Part shown: in pieces, positions 58,810 through 64,000 of the stretch
Numbering within the stretch: the first letter of the stretch is position 1
Layout of the letters: every line of letters begins with the position of its first letter
DNA from: Halarcobacter sp.
GTDB taxonomy: Bacteria > Campylobacterota > Campylobacteria > Campylobacterales > Arcobacteraceae
DNA: 64,000 nt
NCBI GenBank assembly: GCA_963676565.1
Contig: OY781089.1
Span: 928,001-992,000 of the forward strand
Direction: 5' to 3'
Made by a program: the position numbers and the translations under genes
The notes under the pieces: generated by a model
Database searches by the model: none
What the model was told of the DNA's origin: nothing
Seen by the model: only the letters and a program-made list of their open reading frames with translations

Positions 58810-59055
58810 ATGAAAGCAATTGTAAATGTAGCACTTAAGCAGGGAGTTTTAGACGACCAAGGTAAAGCAACTCATCATGCTTTAGATACTTTAGGATTTA
58901 AAGAAGTTGTAAAAGACGTAAGAATTGGTAAACAAATCATTATGGAACTTAACTCTTCAAATGAAGAAGATGCTAGAGCAGAAGTTGTAAAAATGTGCGA
59001 AAAACTTTTGGCAAATACTGTTATTGAAGATTATGATATCGAAATTGTAGGTTAA
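58810..59055 (+). CDS. purS: FGAM synthase subunit PurS
   Basis: GVLDDQG, VRIGK, LLANTVIEDY. Confidence 0.95.
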   Translation: MKAIVNVALKQGVLDDQGKATHHALDTLGFKEVVKDVRIGKQIIMELNSSNEEDARAEVVKMCEKLLANTVIEDYDIEIVG

Positions 59056-59059
59056 TATT

Positions 59060-59731
59060 ATGAATGTTACTGTACTACAATTTCCAGGTACTAACTGTGA
59101 GTATGATACGAAATATGCTTTTGAAAAACTTGGATGTGAAGTAAAAATTTTATGGCATAAAGAAACAAAACTTCCTGAAGATACAGAGTTACTAGTTATC
59201 CCTGGTGGATTTTCTTATGGAGATTATTTAAGATCAGGGGCAATTGCTAGATTTGCAAATATAATGGATTCAGTTCAAGAATATGCTGCAAAAGGTGGGA
59301 AAGTATTAGGTATTTGTAATGGTTTTCAAATTCTTCTAGAAGCTGGATTATTACCTGGTGCTATGAAAAGAAATGATTCTTTACATTTTATCTCTAAATT
59401 TAATCATCTAAAAGTTATTAATAATGATAATATCTTTTTATCAAGATTAAAACTTGATGAAGTTGTTAATATCCCAGTTGCACACCATGATGGTAACTAT
59501 TTTATTGATGATAAGGGTTTAAAAGAACTTGAAGAAAATGGTCAAATTTTATTAAAATATTGTGATGAAAATGGTGAGGTTAAAAACCTAAATGGTTCAG
59601 TTTCTCAAATTGCAGGTATTTGTAATAAAGAGAAAAATGTATTTGGATTAATGCCACATCCAGAAAGAGCGATTGAAGACCTACTTGGTTGTGATGATGG
59701 TGTTATTATGTTAAAAGGGTTTTTGAAATAG
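59060..59731 (+). CDS. purQ: FGAM synthase glutaminase subunit PurQ
   Basis: FPGTNC, GGFSYGDYLR, GICNGFQ, MPHPER. Confidence 0.97.
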   Translation: MNVTVLQFPGTNCEYDTKYAFEKLGCEVKILWHKETKLPEDTELLVIPGGFSYGDYLRSGAIARFANIMDSVQEYAAKGGKVLGICNGFQILLEAGLLPGAMKRNDSLHFISKFNHLKVINNDNIFLSRLKLDEVVNIPVAHHDGNYFIDDKGLKELEENGQILLKYCDENGEVKNLNGSVSQIAGICNKEKNVFGLMPHPERAIEDLLGCDDGVIMLKGFLK

Positions 59732-60879
59732 TGAAAAGGCTAATTGCACTATTTTTAATATTTTTATCTATATTTGCCTTTGCAAATGAACTTACAAATG
59801 AAGAGGCTTCAGCTTTTGGTGATCAAACTCAACCAAAAGCTCAAAGCTATTCAGGCACAACTTTTACAAAAAATTTATATTTATCATATTTAACTTACCC
59901 AAATCATGTTTTTAGAAATCAAAGATTTGCAGTTGAAATAAAAGCATTAATTACAAGAAAAAATTTCACTTCGATACAAACAGTTTTTTTAAATGAAAAT
60001 GGCATTACTCCTTCTAACCCAAAAGAGACTTGGAAAAAAGTAGAGGCAGAAGATAATACATATACGAATAAATTCTATTTTAAGGCAAAAAATTCAAATT
60101 TTATAATGCCGACAATAGAAGTTAGACTATACAATGGTAATAGTTTAGTAGAGTCTAGACAAATTACAGGAAAAGAAGTAGGTTTTTCTGATATTGCAAA
60201 AAGTGATGAACGATTTACAAATGTAATCGCCTCACAATTAACATTAATTGGTACAAAAACAAAACAATATAATAATAAACAAGCTTTAACAATCATTGAT
60301 ATAAATGCAAAAAATTCAAATTTGGAAGATTTTAGTCTTAAGGGATTTGAAGAACAAGGGATTACAGTTTTTGAAGAAAACTTGCCCGAGCAACATATTA
60401 TATATAATGTAACTATTCCTATCCATAAAAAAAACATCATCTTTAACTATTACAACACAACAAAAAATCAATTTGAAAAAGTTGTAGTCCCAATTACATT
60501 TGATGAAGAGTTAGTTAGTACTCAAACAGATTTAAATCCTAATAATTCAAGTTTTGAATTTTATAAAAAAATTGCAATGGGTGTTTTATCCCTTGTATTA
60601 TTAATACTATTTATTTGGAAAAGAAAATATTATATCTTAATACCTTTTTTAATTTCACTTGCAATTTTTATTTTATTTGCAATGCCAAATAAAACAATTA
60701 CATTAAAAGAAAATACTGTTATTTATATTCTTCCTACTAAAAACTCTACAATATTTCAAAAAGTAGAAAAAGAGTCTATAGTTGAAGAGATGAAAAGAAA
60801 GAATGGTTTTATTAAAATTATGTTTGGTAGTGGAAATTATATTGGATGGGTAAAAGAAGAAGATGTTAGCACAAATTAG
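59731..60879 (+). CDS. Conserved exported/membrane protein with C-terminal SH3-like domain
   Basis: Signal peptide, STQTDLNP, TM pair, ILPTKNST...IGWVK. Confidence 0.65.
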   Translation: MKRLIALFLIFLSIFAFANELTNEEASAFGDQTQPKAQSYSGTTFTKNLYLSYLTYPNHVFRNQRFAVEIKALITRKNFTSIQTVFLNENGITPSNPKETWKKVEAEDNTYTNKFYFKAKNSNFIMPTIEVRLYNGNSLVESRQITGKEVGFSDIAKSDERFTNVIASQLTLIGTKTKQYNNKQALTIIDINAKNSNLEDFSLKGFEEQGITVFEENLPEQHIIYNVTIPIHKKNIIFNYYNTTKNQFEKVVVPITFDEELVSTQTDLNPNNSSFEFYKKIAMGVLSLVLLILFIWKRKYYILIPFLISLAIFILFAMPNKTITLKENTVIYILPTKNSTIFQKVEKESIVEEMKRKNGFIKIMFGSGNYIGWVKEEDVSTN

Positions 60880-61543
60880 GGGTTTATTTGTATTAGTTCA
60901 GTTTTCTATAACTGTTGCAATTGTAATTGCTGCAATGTACACATTTAGAAATCATGTTCATAAAATCATCAAAATCTGGATGAAAGTCCAAATCTATTTA
61001 TTAGGAATAAAACTAGAACAGGTTGGGAAACTAGATGAATCATGTGATCTAGTTTTGATGAATCACCAAAGTTTACTTGATATTATTATAATGGAACACA
61101 TTCATCCAAAACATTTAGCTTGGGTTGCAAAAAAAGAGATCACTGATTTACCATTTTTTGGGCATATTATAAAAGGGCCTAAAATGATCTCAATTAATAG
61201 AGAAGACAAAGCTGGTATTATTCATCTAATTAAAGAGGTAAAAGATAGACTTGGACGAGGAAGACCTATTGCTATGTTTCCTGAAGGAACAAGATCAACT
61301 GGTAAAAAAATGTTTGATTTTAAACCAGGTGCAAAGATGATAGGAAATAAATTTAATCTAAAAATTCAGCCAGCAATAATTATAAATACAAGGGCAATTT
61401 TAGATTCTAAAAAACTGACACAAACTCCAGGTGTTGTAAAGGTGATTTATCTAGATCCAATTCAAGCAGATAGAAAAACTGATTGGTTTGAGCAAACAGA
61501 AAAGAATATGAAAGCTGTATTTGAAAAAGAGATGAATAAATAA
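60863..61543 (+). CDS. plsC: 1-acyl-sn-glycerol-3-phosphate acyltransferase
   Basis: NHQSLLD, AKKE, INRE, FPEGTRS. Confidence 0.92.
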   Translation: MLAQIRGLFVLVQFSITVAIVIAAMYTFRNHVHKIIKIWMKVQIYLLGIKLEQVGKLDESCDLVLMNHQSLLDIIIMEHIHPKHLAWVAKKEITDLPFFGHIIKGPKMISINREDKAGIIHLIKEVKDRLGRGRPIAMFPEGTRSTGKKMFDFKPGAKMIGNKFNLKIQPAIIINTRAILDSKKLTQTPGVVKVIYLDPIQADRKTDWFEQTEKNMKAVFEKEMNK

Positions 61544-61929
61544 TGACTCTTTCTTGGCAAACTATATTAGCAATTGGTTTAGGTGGATTCTTAGGTGCAA
61601 TTGCTAGGGCTTATTCAGTACATATAACAAACAAATATGTAGGTTTAGAGTTTCCTCTTGGAGTACTAATTGTAAATATTTTAGGTAGTTTTATTATTGG
61701 TATTTTATTTGCTGTGTTTGCCCATTATACAATAAGTGATTCATTTAAAGCCTTTTTAACAACAGGTTTTTTAGGGGCCTTAACTACTTATTCAACTTTT
61801 GCAATTGAGAGTTTCTTTTTATTACAAACTTCTATATTCCTTGGATTAACAAATATGTTCTTAAATCTATTTGGAACAGTACTTGCCGCTGCGAGTGGAT
61901 ATAAGTTACTTCATTTTTTTCTGAAATAG
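61543..61929 (+). CDS. crcB: Fluoride channel Fluc/CrcB
   Basis: GGFLGAIAR, VNILGSF, TGFLGALTTYSTF. Confidence 0.94.
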   Translation: MTLSWQTILAIGLGGFLGAIARAYSVHITNKYVGLEFPLGVLIVNILGSFIIGILFAVFAHYTISDSFKAFLTTGFLGALTTYSTFAIESFFLLQTSIFLGLTNMFLNLFGTVLAAASGYKLLHFFLK

Positions 61930-62024
61930 TATTCACTTTAACTTAAAAAATTGATTTATATCATTTCATTTAAGCTTCAAAAAGATATAATAATCACTAA
62001 AAATTAGACAAGAAGGATTTAGAA

Positions 62025-62252
62025 ATGGGTATGCCTGGTGGTATGGAGTGGATATTAATCGCTCTAGTTGTATTACTATTATTTGGTGGAAAGAAAATTC
62101 CAGAATTAGCAAAAGGTTTAGGAAGTGGTATTAAAAACTTCAAAAAAGCTGTAAAAGATGATGAAGAAGTAGCTTCAACTGAAAAATCAGAAGAGATTGA
62201 GAAAAAAACTGAGGCTAAAAAAGAAGAGCCTGCTGAAAATAAAACTGTATAA
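62025..62252 (+). CDS. tatA: Twin-arginine translocase TatA
   Basis: [23 protein letters not shown]. Confidence 0.95.
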   Translation: MGMPGGMEWILIALVVLLLFGGKKIPELAKGLGSGIKNFKKAVKDDEEVASTEKSEEIEKKTEAKKEEPAENKTV

Positions 62253-62266
62253 TTTAAGAGACTAGA

Positions 62267-63856
62267 TTGCAAAAATTAGTAAAAGATTATATTGAAGATA
62301 TTTTAGAAAAAGAGGTAGTTCTAGAGAAGCCTAAAGATATTACTTTAGGACATTTTGCAACTCCTGTAGCTTTTTCTTTGGCAAAAGAGTTGAGAAAATC
62401 ACCAATGATTATTGCTGAAGAATTAGCTTCGAAGTTTGAAGAATCGATTATTTTTGAAAAAGTTGAAGCAGTAAAAGGTTTTATTAACTTTAAACTTTCA
62501 AATGGCTTTTTAGAAAAACTTTCAAAAGATGCATTACAACTTGGAAGCAATTTTGCTAAATGTGAAAAAAGAAATCAATCAATACTTTTAGAATATGTAA
62601 GTGCAAACCCAACTGGTCCTTTACACATAGGTCATGCAAGGGGTGCAATTCTTGGTGATTCTATTGCAAGAGTTGGTAGACACTTAGGTTTTGATATCAC
62701 AACTGAGTATTATGTAAATGACGCAGGTGCTCAAATGGATATGTTAGGTCTTTCTATTTCTTTAGCAGGTCGTGATTTTATTTTAAAAGAAGTTGTAGAA
62801 TATCCTGAAACATATTATAGAGGTGAATATCTAGTTGATATTGCCCAACAAATTTTTGACAAACATGGAGCAGAAATTTTCCATGATGAATCAAGATTTA
62901 GGGAAATGGCTGACTTTGGAAAAAATATTGTAATGGATATTATTACAAGTGATTTAAAAGATGTAGGGATAGAATTTGATAATTTTGTTTCAGAAGCATC
63001 TTTGTATGAAGCATGGCTTGATACAAAAAAAGTTTTACTTGATAATGGTTCACTTTATGAAAAAGATGAAAAAATATTTTTGAAATCAACTTTACATGGC
63101 GATGATAATGATAGGGTTGTAGTAAGAGAAAATGGGATACCAACATATCTTGCTGGAGACATAATTTATCATAAAAATAAATTTGATAGAGGATTTGATC
63201 ATTATATAAATATTTGGGGTGCAGATCACCACGGATATATAAAAAGAGTACATGCAGCAATTGAGTTTTTAGGAAACGATTCTTCTAAACTTGAAATTTT
63301 ACTTTCTCAGATGGTTCAGCTACTTAAAGGTGGAGAACCTTATAAGATGAGTAAAAGAGCTGGTAATGTAATTTTGATGAGTGATATAGCTGAAGAGATT
63401 GGTTCAGATACACTAAGATTTGTTTTTTTAACTAAAAAAAGTGATACTCACCTTGAGTTTGATTTGGATATGTTAAAAAATCAAGATAGTTCGAACCCAA
63501 TCTTTTATATTAATTATGCATATGCTAGAATTAATCAAGTATTCAAAAAAAGTGAAAAAAGTTTTGAATCAGTATTAGATGAAAACTATGAAGATCTTAA
63601 TCAAGATGCTTTAAATTTAGTATATGAATCTTTATTAATGCCTTCAATTTTAGAAGAGGCATTTACAAAAAGAGACATGCAAAAGATTACTGATTATCTT
63701 TATTCTCTTGCATCATCAATACACAGATTTTATAATGAACATAAAATTGTTGGAAGTGATGATGAAAATAAATACTTAAAGGTATTAAGTCTTTGTGCTT
63801 TATCTATAAAAGTAACATTAGATTTATTGGGAATAAAAGCTAAAGAGGTGATGTAA
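62267..63856 (+). CDS. argS: Arginine--tRNA ligase
   Basis: SANPTGPLHIGH, WGADHHGY, KMSKRAG; TTG start. Confidence 0.97.
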   Translation: MQKLVKDYIEDILEKEVVLEKPKDITLGHFATPVAFSLAKELRKSPMIIAEELASKFEESIIFEKVEAVKGFINFKLSNGFLEKLSKDALQLGSNFAKCEKRNQSILLEYVSANPTGPLHIGHARGAILGDSIARVGRHLGFDITTEYYVNDAGAQMDMLGLSISLAGRDFILKEVVEYPETYYRGEYLVDIAQQIFDKHGAEIFHDESRFREMADFGKNIVMDIITSDLKDVGIEFDNFVSEASLYEAWLDTKKVLLDNGSLYEKDEKIFLKSTLHGDDNDRVVVRENGIPTYLAGDIIYHKNKFDRGFDHYINIWGADHHGYIKRVHAAIEFLGNDSSKLEILLSQMVQLLKGGEPYKMSKRAGNVILMSDIAEEIGSDTLRFVFLTKKSDTHLEFDLDMLKNQDSSNPIFYINYAYARINQVFKKSEKSFESVLDENYEDLNQDALNLVYESLLMPSILEEAFTKRDMQKITDYLYSLASSIHRFYNEHKIVGSDDENKYLKVLSLCALSIKVTLDLLGIKAKEVM

Positions 63857-63984
63857 TGAAATGGTTTATAATTATACTTGTAATTGTAATTGGAATTGCA
63901 ATTTCTACAGGGTATATGGGTGGAGCTAAAGATGCTGCATCAAACTATAATAAGTTATTAACAGGAAAACCTGCAGCTAAGTAA
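63856..63984 (+). CDS. Small 42-aa membrane peptide (not in ORF track)
   Basis: ATG overlaps argS stop (TAATG), GAGG RBS; MKWFIIILVIVIGIAISTGYMGGAKDAASNYNKLLTGKPAAK. Confidence 0.6.
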   Translation: MKWFIIILVIVIGIAISTGYMGGAKDAASNYNKLLTGKPAAK

Positions 63985-64000
63985 TAAAAGGGGTTAACCC

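Noticed and set aside
61480..61545. Fluoride riboswitch before crcB
   Set aside because: crcB overlaps the plsC stop, so there is no leader
1185..63260. Numerous 60-130 aa ORFs antisense to or inside long genes (e.g. 1185-1466, 14583-14969, 34274-34672, 43270-43593, 48362-48745, 60075-60440)
   Set aside because: Shadow frames of well-supported genes, with no recognisable motifs

Overview
AT-rich bacterial chromosome segment. Gene content and protein style (fused gamma/beta urease, ctpA-purC-purS-purQ, tatA-argS, 'IAHQWRQPL' histidine kinases) point to Campylobacterota, most likely Arcobacteraceae (inference). About 54 kb is dominated by nitrogen scavenging. (1) An allantoin catabolic cluster: LIV-type ABC importer, allantoin/hydantoin racemase, GntR, PuuE allantoinase, allantoicase, ureidoglycolate lyase, NCS1 permease, malate synthase G, and urease with ureE/F/G but no ureD. 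(2) An FNT channel-cyanase-PP2C/kinase fusion-nirBD run next to a haem-c sensor two-component system. (3) Assimilatory nitrate reductase divergent from an Nrt/Cyn ABC transporter. Interspersed are a phosphorylase-kinase-like GH15 protein with glucokinase, a PLD-helicase-DUF3427-like protein, a regulator/peroxidase-like cytochrome/kinase triad upstream of a true cytochrome c peroxidase, and a GC-richer cassette-like insert at 42.3-44.1 kb. The last 9 kb is housekeeping. The most notable non-gene signals are a shared 17-bp palindrome TGTAT-N7-ATACA at the nitrogen operon promoters and several structured intergenic segments. No rRNA, tRNA, CRISPR array or intact transposase/integrase was seen.
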